A stretch of 63,314 nt of DNA, filler included, from Rhabdomonas costata (lineage: Eukaryota), in NCBI GenBank assembly GCA_019059605.1. It is 40 parts of 40 records of this genome, joined end to end, with 100 filler letters (N's around TTAATTAATTAA, not from the genome) between each part and the next. Parts side by side here need not be neighbours in the genome. Positions count along the whole stretch, not along the records: positions 49,158 to 50,642 come from JAHMHO010014763.1; positions 50,743 to 52,227 come from JAHMHO010014764.1; positions 52,328 to 53,812 come from JAHMHO010014765.1; positions 53,913 to 55,397 come from JAHMHO010014766.1; positions 55,498 to 56,973 come from JAHMHO010014767.1; positions 57,074 to 58,557 come from JAHMHO010014768.1; positions 58,658 to 60,144 come from JAHMHO010014769.1; positions 60,245 to 61,730 come from JAHMHO010014770.1; 32 more parts are not named here. One strand, given 5' to 3'. Below, piece by piece: positions 50,621-61,730 of the stretch. The position numbers and the translations under genes are program-made. Each line of letters starts with the position of its first letter. The first letter of the stretch is position 1. Below the pieces are notes generated by a model that saw only the letters and a list, made by a program, of their open reading frames with translations, made no database searches and was not told where the DNA came from.

Positions 50621-50907
50621 CTGAGGCAGGCAGACAATCCAANNNNNNNNNNNNNNNNNNNNNNNNNNNNNNNNNNNNNNNNNNNNTTAATTAATTAANN
50701 NNNNNNNNNNNNNNNNNNNNNNNNNNNNNNNNNNNNNNNNNNTTGTTGTTGGCCACTGTGGGCTGACGGGCGCTCGCGCTGTTGACCACGGGTGCTCGCG
50801 AGAGGTGCCCTCAACGAAAATTTAGAGGGAATGCAAGCGAGCACCAGTCACAGTCAACGCAGAAATGTGGGCTGGGAGGGACGATGAAAGCTGGAAGCAG
50901 AGAGGAC

Positions 50908-52001
50908 TTTCTGGGTGAGGTTGAACTCCAGCAGCTCCGCGCTGACTCGCAGCAGCCCAGCTGCAATCTCCAGCGGTGACTTGTCCAGCACTTCCGCAGC
51001 ACTCTTGCGGTCGACGAAGTGCACCTGAAGGAACAGCCGAATGGAAGGAATTAGGTTCCAAAAAGACTATGATTTTCAATAAAAGGAAATGAATCATTAA
51101 ACCTTCACTTGGCAATACCACTATTTCCACAAGGTGGGTTTTCGGCCAAATGAGGTCTCCGGTCAAGTTTGCTCCGAAGCGATACAACGGGGTCAACCGA
51201 GTCCCCTTGTACTTTTTGTGAAAAGGCTGTAAATAAGACCCACGCCGCCAAAAACTTTTTTCGATCCTGCACTGTCCACTGCGCTACTTTCTTCAGGGGG
51301 ACCTAATGCCCGCCCCCGTTCAAGCTCCAAGCCACGGCCGCTGCTTTTGGTGTGCACCACCTTTGTCTGCTGGGCGGTGGTCATACTAACGGGCACTTCT
51401 ATGATGAGCAACTCAAAGGCCAAAAACAGCACCAGCAGCAAAGCATCCCGAGGCCCACCCCAAACACCTTGCCGAGATGAAGGATCGCTGCGCACACGCG
51501 ATAAATCGCCTCTTGCTCCGAGGGGTCAATCCGCAGCGTCGTCATCGCCTTCCTCAACGTTGCATACTCCGCCGCGTCGTCCACCCCCTCAATGTGCACC
51601 GCCCGCCCGGCCGCAAGCGTGGGGTATGCCGAGGCATCCCTCGTGAGGTGCCACGACTGGAGCTCCTCGTCAGTGGCCTGTGAAAAGGGAGATTTAAATT
51701 ACAAAGGTCCCGTTGATCCCATTATGATATGTCTTAAAAAATCATGCTTCCAATATTATGAATCCCAGGTTAAGATCCAAAGAGCAATCCGCACCCTCAT
51801 CTGTATTCGCACCCATCATCTGCACGCAATGCGCGACCACACACAAACACAACTCGCTCGCTCGCTCGCTCGCTCGCTCGCTCAACTCACACCCCAGCTA
51901 GCAGTTGGTAAAAGGCGTGGTACGACCGCTCGCCCTTCGCATGGGTCATCACCCGGGACTTCTCCAAGAGGTAAGGCGTGATTTCTGCTCCGCACAAAAG
52001 C
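50908..52001 (-). CDS. Myosin motor domain, three exons
   Basis: [14 protein letters not shown]....[14 protein letters not shown] (51893-52001), then ATDEE...[10 protein letters not shown]...AILHLGK (51468-51677), then VHF...[10 protein letters not shown]...LT (50908-51024). GT-AG, in phase. Confidence 0.95.
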
Positions 52002-52337
52002 CTGTGGGAATTTTACAAGAGAGAATTGAGAATTGCAAAGGAAGCATCCCAGGGCGAAAAACCGGCCGACTATTCTCCAAAAGCACAGGTTGCGGAACCT
52101 TCTCAACCGCGAAAAACTGCATTAGTTCTTTCACTTTCCGAAGCAAAGCACAAGCCCCACGGGCAGATTCGCGGCAACAGCTGCTGGCACAACCAACCAA
52201 CGCCTCCATTTCCCGACCCCACACCACNNNNNNNNNNNNNNNNNNNNNNNNNNNNNNNNNNNNNNNNNNNNTTAATTAATTAANNNNNNNNNNNNNNNNN
52301 NNNNNNNNNNNNNNNNNNNNNNNNNNNGGGGGGTTGG

Positions 52338-53552
52338 TCATTTGTGCGAGAGGGTTCTCCAGGGTGGCTTGGGGATAACAAAGGACTTGGGCCAGCCCTT
52401 ATGAAACCCAGGCCGCGCGTAGAGGCAGTTCACCTCCGCAATCGGGGGGTTGTTCAGCCAGCAGCACAGCCGGTCAAACCCATGCCGCCGCAGGATGGCG
52501 TTAGTTAGAGTGGTGTTGGGGGAGGTGTACATCTTGTATGGGTGGTTCATCGGGAGCTCCTGCAGCTCCAGCTGCACCCGCTGCACCCTCTTCAGTTCCG
52601 TCCCACAAGAGAGGACCACCCCAAGGTCCTCCCCCTGGGCGTCCACCTTGAGCAAAGTGACCGGCAGGGACGGCGGGAAGAGCGACAGAACCTGCGCGAG
52701 GCGCGCAAAGGCTTATGCTGAAATGAAAATGGCCTTGCCATTGGGGTGAGCGTTGGGGCGGAGTCCCCCTGCTTTCGATGGGGGTATCCTTTGATTGGCT
52801 GGATCCATTTCTTGTGGTGTGCAGTGCGAAAACACGGAAAACAGGCTTGAATGCTTGAAGAAGAGTGCGACAACTGACCTCTCAAATGAACGCAAAAGAA
52901 AAATCTTTCCAAACTCAGGACGCAAAGCAGACCGAACGCGCAACTTTTCCCTTTGCTCTGCCCAAGCGCACCCAGCCCGCTCCCCAATCTGACTAGTCAA
53001 TTGTACAAAGGACAAAGGACAACGACGAGCATTGGGCTACAAAATGACACACAGTGATACCTCCTGAAGCCGCACCACAGGGACAACTCGGAAGCCGCTC
53101 CCACCGGTGCAGATGTAGACCTTGACGCTGGCATTGACACGCGCCTTGGCAATCGTGCTGCACTCTGGGAAGTGTGCCAGGGTCAGGTTGGCGTAGCCCG
53201 AGCTGGGCCCTACGGCTGCGGGAATAAACCGGAACCGAGGCTGCCTGCACGTCAGGGCCATGCCGTGAGGGGAGCCCAGGAACTTCTCCGCGAGGGGCTC
53301 GAAGCCCAGCAGAAGGGCGGTGCGAAGAGGCTTCAAAAGGGGCGCAAGCTCAGAGGTCTGGTGCAGCCCTACCTCGACCAGAAGGTGGGTCACCCCCTGC
53401 GGTGTGGCTGCCAGCCCAGCGGGGGTGAGTCTAAAGATAGTGGTGGCGTTGAGCAGCACCCTGCCGTGCTGGATCTTCCAGGGTGGGGGAAGAAGGGCCA
53501 TCACGCATTGGGCCCAAAGCAGAAAAAAGGGGAAGACAGCTGAGATGCCCAT
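52338..53552 (-). CDS. FkbM-family SAM-dependent methyltransferase with N-terminal signal peptide, apparently complete (2 exons, 281 aa)
   Basis: Exons 53061-53552 and 52338-52691 contain LVEVG, GFEP, IPAAVG, VPVVRL, LLKVDAQGEDLGVV and VQLE motifs. Confidence 0.85.
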
Positions 53553-54000
53553 CAGTATTCAGGCCGTGGCACCATGCTCCGAAGCGGCAGGGAACAGGGA
53601 ATAAAGAGAATACCACTCACTATCAAAGCAGTAATTGAGCGCCAAACGAGCGAGAGGATGCGCAGCCGGGGACCTGGTAGGACTGTTGTCATTGCCACAT
53701 AACTCTGGATACTTCATGCCCAAGTCTTCATGACGCGAAAGAAAAATCCAGTCAGTTGGCGGCGCCCAGCGCCCCTCAAAGCGGTGCCGAAAGAAATGAT
53801 GTCCCAACAAAANNNNNNNNNNNNNNNNNNNNNNNNNNNNNNNNNNNNNNNNNNNNTTAATTAATTAANNNNNNNNNNNNNNNNNNNNNNNNNNNNNNNN
53901 NNNNNNNNNNNNGGGGGGGGTGGGGCTTGCTTTGCTCAATGGAGTGACCCCTACCTTTCCAAGGCTGTTTTCACCTTCTCTTTCACTCAACGAAACGCAC

Positions 54001-54967
54001 CAAAGAAGTCTGGAGTGCGCTCCAGGTCGAATCTCGCTGCGATGCTGTAGCCCGCATGGCCCTGGGACAGCGCGTCTGCGGGATAGTTGTTGTACCGAAT
54101 CAGATGCCGCAACCCGTCGGCGGTAAACACCAGCGGAGCCTGAAACCGGCCCACCCGTCCAAAATGAGGGGCACGCACAGGCGCAACTTTGCCTTTGCAA
54201 GAGGCATCTCGAAGTTCCGTTTCCAAGGGAAGCATACAATTTGACGCAATCATGCACACACGTAAGAACGCAGGCCTGCACACATGCACGCACACGCGGA
54301 TAAAGGTTTGCCACAATGGCATTCGCGTTCGCGCCCATAGGGTTAACTGAGAAAACACAGATTAAGAACGTCGCCAAGAGTATGTGTAGAAATGTAAAGC
54401 ACGTTACACCGTAAACTCAGAACACACGCTTTTCAGCCTCAGTTAAATGAAAACGTTTGAAGCATGTGAGATGCATACACCACCCTAGCGGAATGTTATA
54501 GCGTTCCCAGGACTTCAATTGAAAACTCGTACCATACCAATTTCACGTTACGGGATGCAACTTAACTTAACTTAACTTAACTTAACTTAACTTAACTTAA
54601 CTTGTTTACGGCGCTTCCTGATCAGGCCTGGTTGTAGAGTGTGCTTCTGTATCTTCCTCCAAGGCTGATAAAAAACTCTTCTTGCTCAGTGTGTCATTCA
54701 CATTCAGCGCTGCTCCTGTCTCACCGCTCCGCCACAGCTGCGAAATATTCATATGCAACTGAAAATCCGCAAAAAAAAAAAGTGTCAGGAATGGCGTTAT
54801 GGTTGGCCAAGGGGGATGGTGAAGATACGTCGCGGGCGAAGATCTGCGCCCGGGGGCACAGATGGTGGCTGAACTCCGCGCTGTACTGCGAGGTCTCATA
54901 GCTGTGCGCGAAGCCAGAGCGCCGCCACACGGAGTCGAAGTAGGGTACGTTGTAGCTCGCCCAGAAC
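54001..54967 (-). CDS. Phospholipase B-like (PLBD1/2 family), two exons
   Basis: FWASYNVPYF...SG...CPRAQIFARD (54829-54967) joined to ...LIRYNNY..DALS....SIAARFDL (54001-54139). Confidence 0.92.
54559..54603. repeat. (AACTT)9 pentanucleotide microsatellite in the PLBD intron
   Basis: Nine perfect copies. Confidence 0.95.
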
Positions 54968-57900
54968 CTGAGAGCCCCAACAGCACACAGCCATCCTCAA
55001 CACCTCCCAACCACCCATCCACCCATCCACTCACATCCACATACATACACGTGTACACGTGTATCGCTCAAAACCCTTTTCGAGTTCCATGCAGGGAGAG
55101 CTGTTGCAAAGTACAGGTAAAGTAAAGGTGTCAGCATAGCGTCGAGAACCTCTCTTACCCATTGTGGGGCAAAGGTTCAGAGCGGCCACCGGACGGTGCA
55201 CAGGACAGGACGTAAACGCGAGTCAGGTGTCAGATTAAATTCATCCCCCACTTTCTTAATCAAACGTTCGGCAACCAGAGGTTCCCGTGGTGCTCATTAC
55301 ACGACCTCTACGAGTCGCGGAAGAGGAATATATCTCTTCCCCTCAACTAGCGGGACCCGACCTCCTGCGCCACCACTCCTCCTCATTCCCACACACANNN
55401 NNNNNNNNNNNNNNNNNNNNNNNNNNNNNNNNNNNNNNNNNTTAATTAATTAANNNNNNNNNNNNNNNNNNNNNNNNNNNNNNNNNNNNNNNNNNNNGTT
55501 GGGGGTGGATGAGGTTGTCCCCCTGTAATAGCTTTTAATGGAATCCCAGGGGGACAACCTCATCCTATCCCATCCGGCCTGAAACGTATCTCCGTTACTT
55601 TTCGTCATTACTTTTTTCGCGCCGGAACAGCATCTCCGCCTGATGCAAACCTGAATGGAAGCTCCGGTCGAGCGCCACTCCATGTTACAGGCACAGGAAA
55701 GACATCCCAAAGGCCGCTGAGCGGATCCCCCCTGTGCTTCGGTACTGCGGTATTGAACTGTTCAATCCAACCCGACCAAGCGACAAGTATCACCGGTGAC
55801 AATTATCACCACTGATAAAAGAGGCGCAGGGTGGAAGGGGTGACGCCATACGCGGAGACAATCAGGCTCATCCCTGTGGCCTGGTAAAACGCAAACCTGT
55901 GCCCAGTGGGGGAGAGACACACAGAAATGATCCTGTGATCTTATTCTGTGAAAAAATGCGAAGGAGTCGGACCCAGGCAAAAACCACACAAGCTGGTTTG
56001 GCTAGCCCACCGGTGGTGGTGGGCACCCTGAACGTTGCTAGTGACACCTGTCCTTGCACGATGCACTGTTCGAGAACCTGTAAACCTTTGCGCTGTATTC
56101 TGTACCCTTCATCCACGCCATGCAGTCCTGAGAACCCCTGTAGCAGCAGCAGTGGGTCATGGAGATCCTCATTTTGCAATAACGGCTGTGTATGCGTCCG
56201 CACATCCAATCATGTAGCTGATGAAAAGACCGGCCAAGCGCCCAATGCCACGACATCATCGCCTCAGGAAAGCTAAAATAGCCCTGAGCAAACGCCACGG
56301 CCAAATGAGAAGCAAAGTGGGAGCGGGGAAGCACACCAGCAAAAGAGCGCAAGCATCGGTAGAAAGACCAGCAGCATCCCCACTTCTGCGAGGCAAAATG
56401 GAGAACAAACCAAACCAAGCAAGGAAGATGTACCAGTGGGGATAACCTCCAACCCAACATTTTTGCATGGAGTGTATCTCCCTAGGTTCACCACAACCCA
56501 CACACTCTTTGTGCAGCCTTTTATGAGGCATTTAACATCATCTCGGAAACGCCTCCGCCTTCATTCCCAGACACCATTGACGTCGGGGGAAAGAATGCCG
56601 ACCCTCCCCCCTCCCCTTTGTATTTAGAGTATTATTACGATCAACAAAAGGTTAACTCAAACAAAGCAGACAAACCTATTCGCGCATCGGTGATTGGGGA
56701 TCGACAGTTCTGCCAGCCTATCTATCAGCCACGCCTCTGCTTGAGTTCTTTCGTTGATCCACGGTTTGTCCTCCCGACTGGTCGCCCTCTTCTCTGAACG
56801 AACAGGGGCCCAGGAGGTTTCTCATATGTGATCTCTATCCCTCAGTATCCGTAAAAAGCATCAGCCTACCAGAGTCCTCGCCGTCCCCCCCCCCCTAACT
56901 GTTAAAGCCACTGCAATTTCGGTAACGCTTTTTACGGATACTGAGGGATAAAAATCACAAATGAAAAACCTCCNNNNNNNNNNNNNNNNNNNNNNNNNNN
57001 NNNNNNNNNNNNNNNNNTTAATTAATTAANNNNNNNNNNNNNNNNNNNNNNNNNNNNNNNNNNNNNNNNNNNNTGTTTTGGTGGTACGGCGTATTACATT
57101 ACATGGACTACAAAATCGAACACTTCTTTCGCATAGTGGTACATATACAAAGAGTCGCCGAATAGGCCGGCGCTTACCTCATATATGCAGTAGACCATAG
57201 GCGCTTCTCCCTCTGCCCCGCAAGGGTCAGATTTCTAGTTTTTGTTTGCACCGTAAATCGTTTTCCTGTTGAATACTTCTGTTCAATGAAACGAATTTTC
57301 TCATTTATCGATGGAGACGAGTGAGATTTATTAGGATGAAAGGAGGACGTCCTCATCTGTACAATTGCGCCCTTTGTATTTAGACCTCTCGTCCATTCTG
57401 TTTTGTACTGGAGCTTAGTTTTCCAGCGGTTTTAGTGGCGGAAGAATGTACCTGGAAGCCCTAAAAGAAGCCAATGATTCGAAACGACGCAAAATAATGT
57501 TTGGAAATCTCTTCCCCGTCGTTTTTCGTTCTGCAATCAGAACATGGGCCCCCTCGCCATCTTGTTGTGATTGATGCTCCGAGCGGGCCTTATTTGCCTT
57601 CGTTGCCGCCACTCCTCACAGTGTGTCCTGTCAACGACTACAGAATCCCAAAACAATAAACCCAGAAAGCGTCCATTCAAGAGGAATCCGCTCCAAACGC
57701 TGCTCTTGTAAATAGGCACTTCAGGACATGGTAACGTGACGGACGTTCAAAACGGCGGCACAGTTGTGAGTACCCGAATATCTATGTGAAACGAGGAAAG
57801 TGTGTACAAAAAGGAGGCCCTCACGCCGCTCCCAAGCAAAAAGCCCACGCGGCCCGAACCGGAAGCCCATGGCAAGTGGCGGTCCGGAGTTAAACCCTCA

Positions 57901-60900
57901 AACAGACAAAATTCACACCGTCACATTACGCCAGTAACTGCAGAAACTCCCTCCCCCCTTTCCGGGAAATGGGCTAATCTCTACTTAGTGCTACAAACAC
58001 GGGAACCCCTGAGAAACAGCAGTACACAACCGCACTGACGAGAAACTGGCGAGTGAAGCGCAGGGGGGAAAGAGGCCAGTGCTCATGAAAAGCGGCACGC
58101 TCGAAACCACTGCGAGCTGGCATAGCGGAGGCCCCCGTTGCCGTCGTCAGGAAGGGGTGGTCCACTCAGGGCTGTAGGACAGACACCCACACGCCGTACG
58201 TACACGGACAACCCATCCGACCAATTTACGAAACTGAGTAAATCACAACAATTTCAATTAGGGCTATGTGCCAAGATCCAGGGGGATGACGGAAACCAGC
58301 ATTTAGCAGAGATACGCGGGATATACAATTAACATCGCACCGGTGGGTTGAGATCGCATTGGTCGGTTAAGTGCCGAGCACCCACGCATAAAACTGAAAA
58401 GGTCCCGCTAACAAGGCCCCTATATTTGAAAAATAATTGTTCAGGGGGAAGCAAGTGCTATTTCGAGTTCTAGCGAAATTCCAGTTTCACAACAAGTGCT
58501 GGACAGTAACTGACTATGAGTAAAATAATCACAAGTCTAATATGAGGCAATGGCGGANNNNNNNNNNNNNNNNNNNNNNNNNNNNNNNNNNNNNNNNNNN
58601 NTTAATTAATTAANNNNNNNNNNNNNNNNNNNNNNNNNNNNNNNNNNNNNNNNNNNNAAGACGTCCTATCCCCGATATTCCGGTGAATCCAACCTGCTAT
58701 TCGCACTGATCCGCAAACGGGGCGCCTTGCTTTGCAGCAAAATTTGCCCCCTTTTCACACTGCTTGGCCGCGCGCACATCTGCGTCTCTTTGCTTCTCTC
58801 TCTCTCCATCTAACCTTCCACTCATCTCCTTCTTTTTTAATTTGGTCTCTGACCCTTTCTTTTTCTCATTTTCCTTTATTTCCTCTTTCCCACTTCTTGA
58901 CCGCGGAACGTAGTCACGACCGGCAAACATTGGTGTGCACCAAGGAACGCATCACTGTAAATTCATGGGATGTTTCATATCTTCGCCATATTGGGTAAGC
59001 ATATTGAATCATCATCATCCCCTTCTTCCCCCGGGTTAGGAGGCGCTGCAGAAGGGGAGTGGCGTGGCGTGGCGTGGTGGGGGGGTCTGTGGTGGCTCAG
59101 CCACCCCCCAGCAACTAACCACGGGGTAGGATGCGATGCACCTTCCGTTGGAATTCTGGCATTTCATTTGCAGGGGGTTAGGAGGCGATGCCTATAAGGC
59201 CAAGCACGTATGGTGGGGTCGTCGTTGACACACGTTGACGGGGACATCCGGCCACATGTTAAACACATGCAACCGCTACACATTCGCGTTGGCGGTCTGA
59301 TTCCACGTCGTCGTATGTCGTAGATAATGTGATAACAGCAATCAGGCCTCCAGATATCACGTTGCAACGCGCATAGCTCAGGATTTTGTTCTGGCGGTGA
59401 TTTTCTATGGTTAGGTGAGTAGTATTGAGTAGTATTGGTGCCGGATATCGTTATGTCGCTAAGCGCTGTTGCTGTTGGGTGAGGTGATTTGTAAAAAGGC
59501 AAGGTGGACGCTATGAGACCGAAAGCACAGCTGATCCTGCGTTGCTATCACATAGTTTAATGGTGCACCTCAAAAGTGCTGAGTTTGCCGTGAAACATGC
59601 GAACATGTAGTATACTTGAAGGTAACAGCTATGGTAGTGCTTATCACGTGAGTCAGCAATGATGAACACTGGTTTCTGATGACAATACCATTCGTTTGAA
59701 AGGGAAATGTTGCGCTTGAAACAAAGCTGGGGTGATGTGGAAATGGTACTAGTAGGTGTGTAGTTGGAACTGGTGTGCATGGTCGAGTTTTCGGCCTGTC
59801 GTGGTGGCCGATCATGGCTCTGGTTGGTTACGGCGCCACATGTTGAATCTTGGTCACACATGGTTAGTCCACGCTTCGCTCCATTTCTGCAACCGTGCCC
59901 TGTATCAACAGTGATGTCTCAGTTTGTACACAATCAGAAGGTTAGTCGGTGTCATGGTGATCCAGGCAGCATGTGGCCATCGTGTGGCGGTCCAACGTTG
60001 GGGCATGGTTACTCAGTTAGTATGTCATCACGTGGTGGCTATGTGTGATGTTCCAAGAGTGGTTTGTGTTATAAAATCTTGAACAAAGCTCGGACACACC
60101 CATCGACGCAATATGAAACATTCCATCTCATAGGATCTTACAAANNNNNNNNNNNNNNNNNNNNNNNNNNNNNNNNNNNNNNNNNNNNTTAATTAATTAA
60201 NNNNNNNNNNNNNNNNNNNNNNNNNNNNNNNNNNNNNNNNNNNNGTGTGTCGGGTATTCGGTGCGCTGGGGGAGGCTACACTGCTGAACTCGTGGATTCT
60301 TCTCGCGTCTCTGCCTTCGGTTTCGGCCTTCGTGGATTCTTCTAGCTTCTCAGGATATGGGGTTGGCATTCTTGCGGTGGGGTTCGGTGTCCAGGGTTCC
60401 CAGGGTTCGTGGTGAGGGGTTTCTTCGGCGTGTCTTCCTCTTACCCATGTGTGCATCTTCTAGCAGCACGTACTTTCCAGGTAGTTGGTTTGCGTTCACG
60501 TATGGTCTTGGCATTCTGGGTTCGGGGCTCTGGGTTCGCGTCTCCGTTTCTGTCTTCGGGTTCGGTTGTGGTGATGGTATTCCGGTGGTCAGAGGCTAAG
60601 GTTCGATGATACGGGTATGTTTCCATGGGAGGTGTTGGGATGCTTGCTGTTGGTTTGTGCGTAGTGTTGGGGCCTTCTTTCGTACGGTTCGGTGGTCATG
60701 AGCTGGTTCTGTGTGGTTAGTGTTGTACTTGTTGTGGATGTGCGCAGGGTGTCGCGTGGTTTCTTTGGGTGGCGTTCTGTGTCGCGTGGATGGGAGGGTA
60801 GTGCAGCGTGCAGAGTAACAAGGGTAAGAAGAGGAGACAGAACCTGAGGCAGAAGCCGAGACACCAACAGCAGACACAGCGAACGACACAGAAGCATGAA

Positions 60901-60938
60901 TATGATCAGAGTGAGATGGGTAAGAGGAGGCAGAGACA

Positions 60939-61730
60939 GAAGGCGTAGAGACAGACCCAGAAGGACACACAGAAGCACCAACCTTCACAGAAACAGAGCC
61001 ACCAATACCGCTAGAGACGGAGACATGAACATGCACTGACACAACGCGAACACCACCAGGAATCAAACGACCACAAGGAATGCCAACAACACCAACAAAG
61101 CCAACACAGCCAGAGTCAAGCACACCAACAGCACCAACACCAGCACCGACCATCACGCTACCAGAGTCAAGAACACCAACAGAGCCAACCATGCAACCAG
61201 CGCTACCAAAACCAACGCTACCACAACCAACCATACCGCTACAACCAACGCTACGACCGACACACCCTACGCAACCAACAACCCCTAAACCTACAGCACC
61301 AACAACACCTACGCTACAGACTACGCTACAACCCTTACCATTACCCTTACCATAATACTACGTAGAAGAAGAAGAAGAACATACTCTCGAGGAACCCATA
61401 GCACCACAATGCACATCCAGTAAAGCAACGAACAAGGATAGCCAGACCCAACCCAAGCACAAACACAAGCATGGCGCTAGAAGATGCCACAAGAGAACTC
61501 ACTTCGCCGATACACCGATACCCAACCCACAGGAACCACACCAAGCCATAAACGACGTACCAAGCACAGATGGACAAGAAACAGATGCACATACGGATGA
61601 GATGAAGGCGTAGAGACAGACCCAGAAGGACACACAGAAGCACCAACCTTCACAGAAACAGAGCCACCAATACCGCTAGAGACGGAGACATGAACATGCA
61701 CTGACACAACGCGAACACCACCAGGAATCA
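60939..61730. repeat. Direct repeat of 127 bp (60939-61065 and 61604-61730) enclosing AC-rich, Pro/Thr-coding low-complexity DNA
   Basis: Identical copies 665 bp apart. The second copy ends the contig. Confidence 0.9.

Noticed and set aside
49680..50624. Longest ORF in the track (314 aa, + strand)
   Set aside because: Antisense shadow of GC-rich articulin exons and introns, with no recognisable protein features.
51460..51475. Possible GC donor in myosin (LHLG|GCAAGG)
   Set aside because: The next exon starts in phase 0, which fits the canonical AAG|GTGTTT donor.
34885..53552. Apparent glycosylation gene cluster (GT17, GT23, FkbM)
   Set aside because: The genes lie on separate contigs, so adjacency is an artefact of concatenation.
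55600..56270. Exon-like blocks on the minus strand
   Set aside because: Could not be joined without stops, and no family was recognised.
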